From an uncultured Ruminococcus sp. (lineage in GTDB: Bacteria > Bacillota > Clostridia > Oscillospirales > Ruminococcaceae): a stretch of DNA of 64,000 bases. Position 1 is the stretch's first letter; every line of letters starts with the position of its first letter. The notes under the pieces are model-generated. The model was not told where the DNA came from, did no database searches, and worked only from the letters and a program-made list of their open reading frames with translations. Shown one piece after another: positions 26,240 through 36,614 of this stretch. The stretch lies in the NCBI GenBank assembly GCA_964426275.1, contig CAYRPZ010000001.1:6503-70502 (forward strand), given 5' to 3'. Both the position numbers and the translations under genes were made by a program.

Positions 26240-28849
26240 TCAGAGAAGCCTTGACAAATCCATGAGTACTTCACGGCATTCCGCATCTGTCAGTTCATCA
26301 ATATTTGTTTTTCTTAATCTGTCAGCTATCATATCATTATTCACTGACATAAAGCTTATCTGCTGATTTTCAGGTGAATAAACTGAAACCGGACTGCTCT
26401 GGCTTTCCATTTCCTTCAGGAACTGTTTAGCCTTGTTTATAACTTTGTTGGGAATACCGGCAAGCTTGGCAACTTCAATTCCGTAGCTGTCATCAGCACC
26501 GCCACGAACAATCTTTCTTAAAAATCTTATATTTTCACCGTTACGCTTTACTGCCACGCTGAAATTCTTAACACCGTCAAGAATTTCCTCAAGCTGTATA
26601 AGTTCATGGTAATGCGTTGCAAAAAGAGTTTTACAGCCAAGTGATTTTGATGATATATATTCGGCAACCGCACGGGCAATGCTTATACCGTCAAATGTTG
26701 AAGTTCCTCTGCCGACTTCATCAAGTATAACAAGGCTGTTTTTGGTAGCGTGTTTTATAATATCGGCAACTTCGCTCATTTCAACCATAAATGTACTCTG
26801 ACCTGCTGTAAGGTCATCTGAAGCGCCTACTCTTGTAAATATCTGGTCAACAACCGATATCTTCGCATATTCAGCAGGCACAAAGCAGCCAATCTGTGCC
26901 ATTAAGGATATAAGTGCAGTCTGACGCATGAATGTTGATTTACCTGACATATTAGGACCTGTTATAATCAGCATTCTGTTATCTTTTGTATCAAGATAAA
27001 CATCATTAGGAACAAATTCCTCATCTTTAAGCATCATTTCAACCACAGGGTGTCTGCCGTTCTTTATATTTATTACACCATCAATTGCAATTTCAGGCTT
27101 CACATACATATTCTTTATGGAAACATCAGCAAATGAACAAAGCACATCAAGAGTCGCAACAGCTTCGGCAGTATTCTGTACTTCTTCCAGCTTAGAGGCG
27201 ATAAAATCACGAATTTCACCGAAAATCTCAGCTTCAAGTGCAATTGACTTATCCTTTGCACCCACAATCATATTTTCAGCATTTTTAAGTTCTTCCGTTA
27301 TAAATCTTTCTGAATTTGCAAGAGTCTGACGGCGGATATATCTGTCAGGAACAAGATTATAATAAGAGCGTGTAACTTCGATATAATATCCAAAAGTGCG
27401 GTGATATCCGATTTTAAGGGGTTTTATTCCTGTCTTTTCACGTTCACTCTGTTCTATTGCTGAAATTATATTTTCGCCGTTTGTCATAATATTTCTAAGT
27501 TCATCAAGTTCATCATTGAATCCGTCTTTTATTACACCGCCCTCTTTGGTATTAACAGGCGGTTCATCAATAATTGAATTTTCGATAAGATTTGATATTT
27601 CATCAAGAGTTGATATTTTTGAATTTAATCTGCTTATTAACGGTGAATTATCCAGCTTTTCAAGCTGTTCCTTAATGAGAGGAATCTGTATTGCTGTAAC
27701 CGAAAGCATTTTCAAATCTCTTGGAGTAGCGGATTTATACATAATTCTTGTCATAAGCCTTTCAATATCATATACTTTATTGAAAAGCTCCTGAATTTCA
27801 CTTAAAACAATTGATTTTCTGAAAAGCTGTTCAACTGCATCAAGACGTTCAATAATTCTTGCAGGACTTCTCAAAGGCTGTTCAATCCATGACTTCAAAA
27901 GACGTTTTCCCATTGATGTATGAGCAGAATCAAGCACCCACAGGAGTGAACCTTTTCTTTCCTTGCTGCGAAGTGTTTCAGTGAGTTCAAGATTGCGTCT
28001 TGCATTCAAATCAAGTCCCATGAATACATTGTCGGCAAATATATTTACAGATGTAAAACGCCCTGCAAGGGATTTCTGGGTTTCGCCTATATAGTCAAAA
28101 AGACCGCATATACATTTACAGCCTGAAGTATCCCTGTCAAGTCCGATACTTTCATATGAATCAGCAGAAAACTGTTTCAGAACAGTTTCTTCCTCCGAAT
28201 CGGCATCAAAGCAGATGTCATCTCTTAATGTAACGCTGCAGCCTATTTTTTCCTTTATAAATTCAGTAACCTGTTTAAGCGAAAGAAATCCGCTGTTGAA
28301 TATGATTTCAGACGGACGATATCTTGACAGTTCATTTATAATTTCTGTTTCCATATTATCGCTGTTTTTTACGCATAAATTAACTTCACCTGTCGATATA
28401 TCGGCAAAGCATACGGCACATTCATCATTATCGGCAAATCCTGCACATATATAATTATTTGAATCATCATCAAGCATACTGCTTTCAATAACAGTTCCAG
28501 GGGTAACGATACGGACAACATCACGGACAACAATTCCCTTGCTGTCTGACGGGTCAGTAAGCTGTTCGCATACAGCAACTTTATATCCGAGGTCAACAAG
28601 TTTCTTTATATACACTTCACTGCTGTGATAAGGAACACCGCACATGGGAGCTCTTTCAGACATACCGCAGTCACGCCCTGTAAGTGTAAGCTCAAGCATT
28701 TTTGAAACAGTTACGGCATCAGAAAAAAACATCTCATAAAAATCACCGAGCCTGAAAAAAAGTATATAATCCTTATATTTCTCCTTTAATGCCCAGTATT
28801 GCTGCATCATGGGAGAAAGCTTTGACTTGTCCAGATTTTCAAGTTCCAT
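26240..28849 (-). CDS. mutS: DNA mismatch repair protein MutS
   Basis: 869 aa; N-terminal TPMMQQY...GDFYE and Walker A GPNMSGKST. Confidence 0.97.
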   Translation of the reverse strand: MELENLDKSKLSPMMQQYWALKEKYKDYILFFRLGDFYEMFFSDAVTVSKMLELTLTGRDCGMSERAPMCGVPYHSSEVYIKKLVDLGYKVAVCEQLTDPSDSKGIVVRDVVRIVTPGTVIESSMLDDDSNNYICAGFADNDECAVCFADISTGEVNLCVKNSDNMETEIINELSRYRPSEIIFNSGFLSLKQVTEFIKEKIGCSVTLRDDICFDADSEEETVLKQFSADSYESIGLDRDTSGCKCICGLFDYIGETQKSLAGRFTSVNIFADNVFMGLDLNARRNLELTETLRSKERKGSLLWVLDSAHTSMGKRLLKSWIEQPLRSPARIIERLDAVEQLFRKSIVLSEIQELFNKVYDIERLMTRIMYKSATPRDLKMLSVTAIQIPLIKEQLEKLDNSPLISRLNSKISTLDEISNLIENSIIDEPPVNTKEGGVIKDGFNDELDELRNIMTNGENIISAIEQSEREKTGIKPLKIGYHRTFGYYIEVTRSYYNLVPDRYIRRQTLANSERFITEELKNAENMIVGAKDKSIALEAEIFGEIRDFIASKLEEVQNTAEAVATLDVLCSFADVSIKNMYVKPEIAIDGVINIKNGRHPVVEMMLKDEEFVPNDVYLDTKDNRMLIITGPNMSGKSTFMRQTALISLMAQIGCFVPAEYAKISVVDQIFTRVGASDDLTAGQSTFMVEMSEVADIIKHATKNSLVILDEVGRGTSTFDGISIARAVAEYISSKSLGCKTLFATHYHELIQLEEILDGVKNFSVAVKRNGENIRFLRKIVRGGADDSYGIEVAKLAGIPNKVINKAKQFLKEMESQSSPVSVYSPENQQISFMSVNNDMIADRLRKTNIDELTDAECREVLMDLSRLL

Positions 28850-28886
28850 AAAAACTTCCTTTCAGAAATATATTAAAAATCCAAAT

Positions 28887-28925
28887 CCCCGTCTATGCGG
28901 AAAAAGCATTGACGGGGGCTTTTTT
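28887..28925. terminator. Bidirectional-looking hairpin between ymcA and mutS
   Basis: CCCCGTC-T-ATGC ggaaaaa GCAT-T-GACGGGG (28887-28917). It is followed by TTTTTT on the plus strand and by a U-rich tail on the minus strand. Confidence 0.55.
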
Positions 28926-29029
28926 ACTTATGTTATAGCAATTTCTGAAATTAATACTGTTTTAAAAAGCTATTAAAGCAGATATAAATCTTATACAACA
29001 GAAGGCAGAATTGCTATAAAAACTATCAG

Positions 29030-29431
29030 TTAATGACAGCCTCCGCAGGTAGCACAGCTTCCTGTGCAAGCGGAAACGGCACAGGTTTCAGGGTCTTCAC
29101 CGTTTGCAGATGAAGTAATGACAGTATTAATCTGTGAGAGCATATCGTCCATAGCATTTTTAGCTTCATTGAATGCAATCATATTCGGATTAATCATAAT
29201 ATCGCCGTAAAGGTTCTTTATTTCCTCATCAAGTTCCTTAATTTTCTCAGTGCTTTTATCATCTTTTGAGATTTCAGTATTAAGCTCAACACGCTTTATA
29301 TTAAATCTGCTGATAAGCTCCTGTAATTTTTCATCATTATCATTGGCAGTCTTTGCATTCTGATAAGCTGTATATCTTTCATCAGTCTGAATCTGCTTTC
29401 CAAGTTCTCTTGCCATCTGAATAACATCCAT
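29030..29431 (-). CDS. ymcA: YmcA/YlbF (Ric) family regulator with Cys-rich C-terminal tail
   Basis: 133-aa helical protein in the conserved miaB-ymcA-mutS-mutL context. The tail reads CAVSACTGSCATCGGCH. Confidence 0.8.
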   Translation of the reverse strand: MDVIQMARELGKQIQTDERYTAYQNAKTANDNDEKLQELISRFNIKRVELNTEISKDDKSTEKIKELDEEIKNLYGDIMINPNMIAFNEAKNAMDDMLSQINTVITSSANGEDPETCAVSACTGSCATCGGCH

Positions 29432-29458
29432 AAAAAAATCTCCTTTGTTAAATATATT

Positions 29459-30844
29459 TTACTTTATAATTTCGCCTGTAACAGCCCAATTTTTAGTACC
29501 TGTTATTTTAACATTGACAAACTGACCGATAAGGCTTTTGTCGCCTTCAAATTCAACAATAACAAATTCACTGCTTTTGCCGTTGAGAAAACCTTTTTTC
29601 TTTTTGCTTTCACAGTCTGCAAGCACTTTCATTGTACGTCCCATAAAACGCTTATATATTTCAGTTGAAATTTCACGCTGAATCTCAAGAAATTCTCTCA
29701 TTCTTCTGCTTTTTTCATTATCTGAAATTCTGTCATCAATAAGGGCAGCCCTTGTTCCGGAACGTTTTGAATATATAAATGAATAGACATTGTCATATCC
29801 TACTTTTCTTATTATATCCAGAGTTGCCCTGAAATCTTCATCAGTTTCATTCGGAAAACCTATTATAATATCGGTTGTGAATGAAAAATCCGGACATTTT
29901 GAACGTGCATAATCAATGGTTTCCATATACTTTTCAACAGTATATTTTCTGTTCATTTCTTTAAGAATAGCATTGCTTCCGCTCTGTACAGGAAGATGAA
30001 GATGCTTTCCGACCTTTTCACATTCAAGAATTGCATCAATAAGTTCTTTTCCTGCATCTTTAGGATGCGAGGACATAAACCTTATTATAAAGTCACCGTC
30101 AATTTCATTTAATTTTCTGAGCAGCTGAGGAAATGTAACAGAATTATCAAGGTCATTTCCATATGAGTTAACATTCTGACCGAGGAGCATAATTTCCTTA
30201 TATCCCTGATTTACAAGGGATTTTACCTCATTTATTATATCTTCAGCATTTCTGCTTCTTTCACGGCCTCTTACATATGGTACAATGCAGTAGGTACAGA
30301 AATTATTGCATCCATACATAACCGGAACAGATGCTTTAAAAGAGCTGTCACGAAGCTGATAAAAGCTTTCAGTATTATCTTTATATTCATTTATATCAAA
30401 AGCATGCTTTCTGCCGTTTATAACATCGTATAAAAGTGAGGGAATTTTTCCGAGAGCGGAAGTTCCGATAATCATATCAACATAAGGATATGATTTTTTT
30501 ATTTTATCAGCAGTTTTTTCTTCCTGAGCTATACAGCCTGAAAGACCGATTATAAGGTCAGGATTTTTTTCTTTAAGATGCTTTACAGAACCTATAATGC
30601 CGAAAACTCTGTCTTCTGCATTCTCTCTTACAGCACAGGTATTGAATATTATTATATCTGCATTTTCATAAGTATCAGTTATAATAAAATTCATCTCTGA
30701 AAGTATACCCTTAATTTTCTCACCATCAGAAAAATTAAGCTGACAGCCGAAACTCTGCACACATGCATATTTTTTCTGCGATGAATTTAATTTTTTAATT
30801 TCGCCAATAAAGAATTTATCTGAATTTTGCACAGTTTCCTCCAT
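29459..30844 (-). CDS. miaB: tRNA-i6A37 methylthiotransferase (radical SAM)
   Basis: 461 aa; radical-SAM CNNFCTYC, N-terminal UPF0004 cysteines and a C-terminal TRAM domain. Confidence 0.94.
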   Translation of the reverse strand: MEETVQNSDKFFIGEIKKLNSSQKKYACVQSFGCQLNFSDGEKIKGILSEMNFIITDTYENADIIIFNTCAVRENAEDRVFGIIGSVKHLKEKNPDLIIGLSGCIAQEEKTADKIKKSYPYVDMIIGTSALGKIPSLLYDVINGRKHAFDINEYKDNTESFYQLRDSSFKASVPVMYGCNNFCTYCIVPYVRGRERSRNAEDIINEVKSLVNQGYKEIMLLGQNVNSYGNDLDNSVTFPQLLRKLNEIDGDFIIRFMSSHPKDAGKELIDAILECEKVGKHLHLPVQSGSNAILKEMNRKYTVEKYMETIDYARSKCPDFSFTTDIIIGFPNETDEDFRATLDIIRKVGYDNVYSFIYSKRSGTRAALIDDRISDNEKSRRMREFLEIQREISTEIYKRFMGRTMKVLADCESKKKKGFLNGKSSEFVIVEFEGDKSLIGQFVNVKITGTKNWAVTGEIIK

Positions 30845-30923
30845 ATTTTTTTATTTTAATTACAGCTTATTATAACATAAATAAAAAGTTTTGTAAACAG
30901 TTGATATTTGTTGAATATAACTA

Positions 30924-30952
30924 TTGCCCCAGATTATAGTTTATGATATAAT
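30924..30952 (+). promoter_or_regulatory. Candidate SigA promoter for the PPC-dockerin gene
   Basis: TTGCCC (30924-30929), 17 nt, then TATAAT (30947-30952) with an upstream TG (extended -10). Confidence 0.45.
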
Positions 30953-30986
30953 GAATTGTAATATTTTTTGAGAGGATATGATAGAT

Positions 30987-33155
30987 ATGAAAAAATCAAG
31001 AAAAACTTTTGCTTTTCTGTCAGCATTATGCCTTGTGTCTTTTTCAGCAGCATATATTCCATGCGAATATCTTACAGATTATATCACAGTTTCAGCAACA
31101 AGCAGTGAATCAACCACAGAAGAATCAACTAACAATACCAAATTAACTGCTCAGGTTATTGAAACAGGAACACCTATTATATCATCACTTGCTGATGATA
31201 AGGATATTGACTGGTATAAATTCAGTCTTGAAAGCGACGGATATTTTAATTTCAATTTTGAACACGAAATTATCAGCAGTTCCATTACATACTGGAATAT
31301 AAACATCTACAAATCAGATGGAACAACTTTAATTAATACATTTTCATCAGCAGGAAACAATAGTCTTACATCATCTGCAAATATAGGACTTTCCAAAGGA
31401 GATTACTATATAAAAATCGACTCACCTTTATACTGTCATTCTGATATTGAATACATTCTTTCAACAAGTTTTACAAAATCAGATACTTTTGAAACAGAAG
31501 ATAATGGCAGTAAAAATAATGCAGATATAATTGATTGCAATATAGAATATACCGGCAGTCTTATGGACAAGAACGATAATGACTGGTATAAGTTTACTGT
31601 TGATAAACAGGGCTATATTGATATCAGCTTTACTCATGACACACTTGAAAACACATCGGTTTACTGGGTTGCCAATATTTATAAAAGCGACGGAACAACG
31701 CTTATAAACAGCCTTGAAGTAAAAGGAAACATTGAAACTTCATCATTTCCTTCCATGAGCCTTGCTGAAGGTGATTATTATATTAAAATAACCAACAACG
31801 GTTCATATTTATCATCTATGGATTATACATTCAGTGTTAACTTTACAGAAGATGATTCGTGGGAAACTGAAACAAATAATACCAAAACTGAGGCAAATTT
31901 AATCAGTACAGATACATTATACTACGGCACAATACTGAAAAAAGATGATATTGATTTCTATAAATTCACTCTTGATGAAGCAAAAGTTCTTAATATTGAT
32001 TTTGAACATGATACATTTGAAGACAGCGGTGTTTACTGGAACATTAAAATATGCCAGTCTGACGGCACAACAGAAATTTATTCTATGTCCTCAACCGGAA
32101 GCGCTGCTATTACCAAAAGTGCATCAATATCTCTCGATGCAGGCGATTATTATTTAAAAATAACACCAAGAAATGAATATTACTATAATACAATGAAATA
32201 TCAGTTCACTATAAACAGCACACTGAATGAAAACTGGGAAACAGAAGTAAATGATACTAAAAATACAGCTAATGCAATAGATTTGAATAAAACTTACAAT
32301 TCAAACCTCATGAGCAGTGATGATATTGACTGGTTCAGTTTTTCAACTGAAAAAGACGGATATATTTCTTTAAACTTTGAACATGATACATTTGAAAGTA
32401 CCAATACATACTGGGTTGCTGAAATTTATCAGTCAGATGCTACAACATTAATTAACAGCATTAATGTAAAAGGAAACAGTGCTTTAACAAAAACTGCATC
32501 AATAGGACTTCCTGCCGGAAATTACTTTGTAAAAATAAAAGATTATTCATATAACTGGAACAGTATGAATACACAGTTTACAATTAATTATACTGAATCG
32601 GATTTATGGGAAACTGAGGATAATAATTCAAAGTCAAGTGCAGATACAATCAATATAAATGAAACATATGGCGGAAGCCTCATGTCAAATGATGATAAAG
32701 ACTGGTACAAATTTGAAGTCGACGAAGACAAAAAGCTTAAATTAATATTTGAAAATCCGGGTATCGGAGATAAATCAAATACATACTGGACAGTATATGT
32801 ATATGAATCAGATGGTTCAACATCAGTTGCATCACAGAAAATTGCCGGTGAAACTCCTGAAGTTTCTTTCGATGATGATTTTACTAAAGGAACATATTAT
32901 ATAAAGATTGTTTATGGCGGATATTATTATTCAGATTCAGATTATTCAATAACTGTTTCAGATGATGTGGCAATTAAAGGAGATGCGGACAGTGACGGAA
33001 CAGTGACATCAGCAGATGCACTTTCAATTCTTCAGATGGTAGCAGGTATTTCAGAAAATAATATGACAGCTGATATAGACGGAGATGGCGAAGTTACATC
33101 AGCAGATGCACTTAAAATCCTTCAGTATGTTGCAGGAATTATTGAAACCCTTTAA
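30987..33155 (+). CDS. Secreted cellulosomal protein: six tandem PPC (pre-peptidase C-terminal-like) modules plus a type I dockerin
   Basis: Signal peptide MKKSRKTFAFLSALCLVSFSAA. Six ~115-aa repeats with E(T)E.N......A..I plus D.DWYKF plus GDYYIKI. Dockerin duplicated loops DADSDGTVTSADA / DIDGDGEVTSADA. ATG 30987 is preferred, with GAGAGGA 10 nt upstream. Confidence 0.85.
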   Translation: MKKSRKTFAFLSALCLVSFSAAYIPCEYLTDYITVSATSSESTTEESTNNTKLTAQVIETGTPIISSLADDKDIDWYKFSLESDGYFNFNFEHEIISSSITYWNINIYKSDGTTLINTFSSAGNNSLTSSANIGLSKGDYYIKIDSPLYCHSDIEYILSTSFTKSDTFETEDNGSKNNADIIDCNIEYTGSLMDKNDNDWYKFTVDKQGYIDISFTHDTLENTSVYWVANIYKSDGTTLINSLEVKGNIETSSFPSMSLAEGDYYIKITNNGSYLSSMDYTFSVNFTEDDSWETETNNTKTEANLISTDTLYYGTILKKDDIDFYKFTLDEAKVLNIDFEHDTFEDSGVYWNIKICQSDGTTEIYSMSSTGSAAITKSASISLDAGDYYLKITPRNEYYYNTMKYQFTINSTLNENWETEVNDTKNTANAIDLNKTYNSNLMSSDDIDWFSFSTEKDGYISLNFEHDTFESTNTYWVAEIYQSDATTLINSINVKGNSALTKTASIGLPAGNYFVKIKDYSYNWNSMNTQFTINYTESDLWETEDNNSKSSADTININETYGGSLMSNDDKDWYKFEVDEDKKLKLIFENPGIGDKSNTYWTVYVYESDGSTSVASQKIAGETPEVSFDDDFTKGTYYIKIVYGGYYYSDSDYSITVSDDVAIKGDADSDGTVTSADALSILQMVAGISENNMTADIDGDGEVTSADALKILQYVAGIIETL
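31146..32966 (+). repeat. Six in-frame tandem coding repeats (~345 nt each) encoding the PPC-like modules
   Basis: The recurrent peptide pattern is visible six times in the translation. The copies are diverged at the DNA level. Confidence 0.8.
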
Positions 33156-33173
33156 AAATAAATTATAAAATCA

Positions 33174-33208
33174 GAGCATATCACCCACAAGTGATATGCT
33201 CATTTTTT
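33174..33208. terminator. Bidirectional terminator between convergent genes
   Basis: An 11-bp stem GAGCATATCAC / GTGATATGCTC with loop CCACAA. A T-run follows on the plus strand. Confidence 0.75.
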
Positions 33209-33209
33209 A

Positions 33210-33911
33210 TTACTCCACAGTAGTTGCGGTAGCTTCCTCAGTATCAAAAAGGTACATAATATTCATCAGATACCATTTTCCATCAATCTTTGCGAGCATG
33301 ACATTCTGATTTATATCATCTGAGTAATTTCTTCCTGAAACAGTGAAGTCAGCATCAATTATATAGACAGCCGAAACATCTGCATCTTCTGACATACCAT
33401 AAAGATTAACCCATTCATCTTTATAACTCTCAACTTTTTCATCTTTTGCAACACCTTCGGAATTAATCTCATAAGTTATTTCATTAAGACTGCCGAACTG
33501 TCTTACCATAGTTTCATTAAGCATTTCCAGATATTCCGAACTGCTGCCACACACATATGAAAACATTTCATCAATTTCTGAAGCATAGAAATCAGGATAA
33601 AGACTTATAAACTCGTCATAATCCATATTCAGTGTAGCGTCAATATATCTGTCAAATACTTTTGAATAGTCGCTGTCACTTTCAACATTTTTATTATTCA
33701 CCACATCAAGAACAGAATTTACAACTGCAAAAAGAATAATTATAAAAGCGACAACTGCAAAAATTATTAAAATTATCTGATTGCGGCTTTTTTTCTTTTC
33801 AATTTTTTTTCGTCTTGTATTTTCATACCCCCGTATATATTTTTCACATTCGGGACACTGTACTGCATCATCAGCCATTTCAGCCTTGCAAAATTCACAC
33901 TGTTTGCTCAT
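33210..33911 (-). CDS. Zinc-ribbon, single-pass membrane protein of unknown function
   Basis: 233 aa; CEFC...CPEC, then TM helix IILIIFAVVAFIIILFAVV, then a soluble domain. Confidence 0.7.
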   Translation of the reverse strand: MSKQCEFCKAEMADDAVQCPECEKYIRGYENTRRKKIEKKKSRNQIILIIFAVVAFIIILFAVVNSVLDVVNNKNVESDSDYSKVFDRYIDATLNMDYDEFISLYPDFYASEIDEMFSYVCGSSSEYLEMLNETMVRQFGSLNEITYEINSEGVAKDEKVESYKDEWVNLYGMSEDADVSAVYIIDADFTVSGRNYSDDINQNVMLAKIDGKWYLMNIMYLFDTEEATATTVE

Positions 33912-34011
33912 ATTTTCACTCCGTATTTTATATTATTATTTAATTTAATATTACATGATAATTTCTGATATGTCAACATAATACATAAAATTTCATCTTA
34001 CTGACACAAAA

Positions 34012-34902
34012 CTATTCTGAAAAATCATTTATAATATTTTTAAGCACTTCAAAATCAAGATTAAATTCCTCACGCATTGATTCTTCATATGAAGTGCCTG
34101 TCTGAACTTTTCTTATTCCAATATATACATCATCGGCAATTTTCTCACCCTGATATCCTATTTTTTCTGCAAATGAAGTGTTGGCAAGATAAAATCCCGT
34201 ATCCTTTACATTTTCATTGTCAGAAAAATATTTTTCAAGACTGAAAAGAACATCATCTTCTGTAAGAGTTTCTGAAGATTCTGTATCAGCAATTATAAGC
34301 AGATTGTCATCAGTCTGAAGAAGTGATGTAAGATGAGTAGTACTTGACACATACATTTCAGGCTGATTCTGATAAATATAATCTGAGATTGGCATATAGA
34401 ATATATTTACTTTAATTTCTCCGTCACCATTTCTGTCGCCTGCATATTCTCCGAAAATCTCCTGCATATCAGCAGTACATTCATAAAGTTTCTCATCATT
34501 TACAAGAAGCATTACAGTCATATCGGGCTTTACAGTTGTTACAACATCGTATATAACATATACTGCAACAAATACAAAAAAACAGCCTATTCCGAGCCAC
34601 CATTTATTATGATAGAAAAAGTTTGAAATTTTCTGTTTTACAGTATAATGGCGTTTTTCACTATACGAAGAATTACCCTGAAAAAAATCGCCGCTGCTTT
34701 TATCTTTCAGAATATTTATCTTATCCTGATACAACTGCGTGGCATATTCCTCACGTTGTTTTTCATCTTCCTCCTGTTGTTTTTTCATTGTTTCCTGTTC
34801 TTTTTTTTCTTTTTCAAGCTGTTCTTTTCTGTTAATTTCACGAGCCTGATTAAAAAGGGATTTCATGGACGGAGTTTTATTGTCTTTTTTCTCATCTGAC
34901 AT
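34012..34902 (-). CDS. Single-pass membrane protein with Lys/Glu-rich N-terminus, unknown function
   Basis: ATG 34902 is preferred, with GGAAAGGAAA upstream. TM helix WWLGIGCFFVFVAVYVIY. Confidence 0.65.
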   Translation of the reverse strand: MSDEKKDNKTPSMKSLFNQAREINRKEQLEKEKKEQETMKKQQEEDEKQREEYATQLYQDKINILKDKSSGDFFQGNSSYSEKRHYTVKQKISNFFYHNKWWLGIGCFFVFVAVYVIYDVVTTVKPDMTVMLLVNDEKLYECTADMQEIFGEYAGDRNGDGEIKVNIFYMPISDYIYQNQPEMYVSSTTHLTSLLQTDDNLLIIADTESSETLTEDDVLFSLEKYFSDNENVKDTGFYLANTSFAEKIGYQGEKIADDVYIGIRKVQTGTSYEESMREEFNLDFEVLKNIINDFSE

Positions 34903-34991
34903 ATGAATATTTCCTTTCCTTTTATACAAAAAGGGACACCTTTTCTTTTTAATAAAAAGCGTCCCCCATATTTAATTGTTCTATATACTTA

Positions 34992-36572
34992 TCAGTTTTT
35001 ATCAATAGGTTTCATAGTCGGGAAAAGCAGTACATCACGGATTGAAGCACTGTCAGTAAGGAGCATTACAAGTCTGTCAAGACCGAATCCCAAACCGCCT
35101 GTAGGAGGCATGCCATATTCAAGGGCAGTTACAAAATCCTCATCAACCTGAGCATTTGCACCTGTAGCTCTCTTAGCCTCAACCTGCTTTACAAAGCGTT
35201 CTCTCTGGTCTATAGGGTCATTGAGTTCTGAGAATGCATTTCCCATTTCTCTTGCATAGATAAAATATTCAAATCTTTCAGTGAAAGCAGGATTTGATGG
35301 TTTTCTCTTTGCAAGAGGAGAATTTTCAACAGGATAATCATAAATTATAGTAGGCTGAATAAGCTTTTCCTCAACAAAGGCATCAAAGAATGCAATAAGA
35401 ACATGACCTTTAGTTGCATTATCCCCTTCATCAACTTCAACATGATGTTCTTTAGCGCATAATCTTGCATCTTCATCTGTTGCCCAGTCATTATAGTCAA
35501 CACCTGCATATTTTTTAACAGCTTCAGCCATAGTAAGTCTTTCCCATGGAGCAGCCATATTTATTTCAGTACCCTGATAACTGATAACATCACTTCCGCA
35601 GATTTTCTTTGTTATAGTTACATACATATCCTCTATCAAATCCATCATGCCGAAATAATCGGTATATGACTGATACATTTCAATTGAAGTAAATTCAGGG
35701 TTATGGGAAGTATCCATACCCTCATTTCTGAAAATTCTGCCTACTTCATAAACTTTCTCAAATCCGCCAACGATAAGACGCTTCAGATAGAGTTCTGTTT
35801 CAATTCTGAGATACATATCAATATCAAGAGCATTATGATGTGTAACAAACGGTCTTGCAGCAGCACCGATTTCAAGAGTATGCAACACTGGTGTATCAAC
35901 TTCAAGATATCCGAGGCTGTCAAGATAATTTCTTACTTCACGCAGAATCATGCTGCGTTTTACAAAAGTATCCTTTACTTCTGGATTGCAGATAAGGTCA
36001 ACATATCTCTGTCTGTATCGTATATCCTGATTTTTAAGACCATGCCATTTTTCAGGGAGAGGAAGAAGTGATTTTGAAAGGAGAGTAAGCTTTTCAGCAT
36101 GAATTGAGATTTCGCCTTTCATAGTTCTGAATACATAGCCCTCAATACCAATTATATCGCCTATATCCCATTTTTTAAATTCAGCAAATTCCTCCTTGCC
36201 GATATCATTCATTCTTACATATACCTGCATATCGCCTGAACCGTCACGGACATGAATAAAATTAGCCTTGCCCATATTTCTCCAGCTCATAATTCTGCCT
36301 GCAATTGTAACATGATTTCTTTTTTCGGCAAGAATACTTTTAAGAAGTTCTGCATCGTCACCTGCCTGAGATTTTGCCTCATTTTCAGTAATTTCATACT
36401 GAGATTTTGCATCACTGTTGCTGATACTTACATCAAATTTTGTAATTTCATATGGATTTTTATTATTAGCCTTAAGTTCATCAAGCTTTTCAATACGTAT
36501 TTTCTTTAATATGTTAATATCCTGCTCTGTACTTTCTTCAGAAACGGGATTTATATTCTGATTTTCGCTCAT
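34992..36572 (-). CDS. lysS: Lysyl-tRNA synthetase (class II)
   Basis: 526 aa; OB-fold plus class II motifs (FRNEG, GGLGFGLDRLVM). Confidence 0.96.
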   Translation of the reverse strand: MSENQNINPVSEESTEQDINILKKIRIEKLDELKANNKNPYEITKFDVSISNSDAKSQYEITENEAKSQAGDDAELLKSILAEKRNHVTIAGRIMSWRNMGKANFIHVRDGSGDMQVYVRMNDIGKEEFAEFKKWDIGDIIGIEGYVFRTMKGEISIHAEKLTLLSKSLLPLPEKWHGLKNQDIRYRQRYVDLICNPEVKDTFVKRSMILREVRNYLDSLGYLEVDTPVLHTLEIGAAARPFVTHHNALDIDMYLRIETELYLKRLIVGGFEKVYEVGRIFRNEGMDTSHNPEFTSIEMYQSYTDYFGMMDLIEDMYVTITKKICGSDVISYQGTEINMAAPWERLTMAEAVKKYAGVDYNDWATDEDARLCAKEHHVEVDEGDNATKGHVLIAFFDAFVEEKLIQPTIIYDYPVENSPLAKRKPSNPAFTERFEYFIYAREMGNAFSELNDPIDQRERFVKQVEAKRATGANAQVDEDFVTALEYGMPPTGGLGFGLDRLVMLLTDSASIRDVLLFPTMKPIDKN

Positions 36573-36614
36573 AAAAAAACCTCTTTATATAATATATGTT
36601 GTCAACAATTAATT

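Noticed and set aside
31146-32966. Repetitive region that could be mistaken for an array (CRISPR or satellite)
   Set aside because: The period is about 345 nt. The copies are diverged and in frame within one long secreted-protein ORF, so these are protein-domain repeats. No short direct repeat/spacer architecture exists anywhere in the window.
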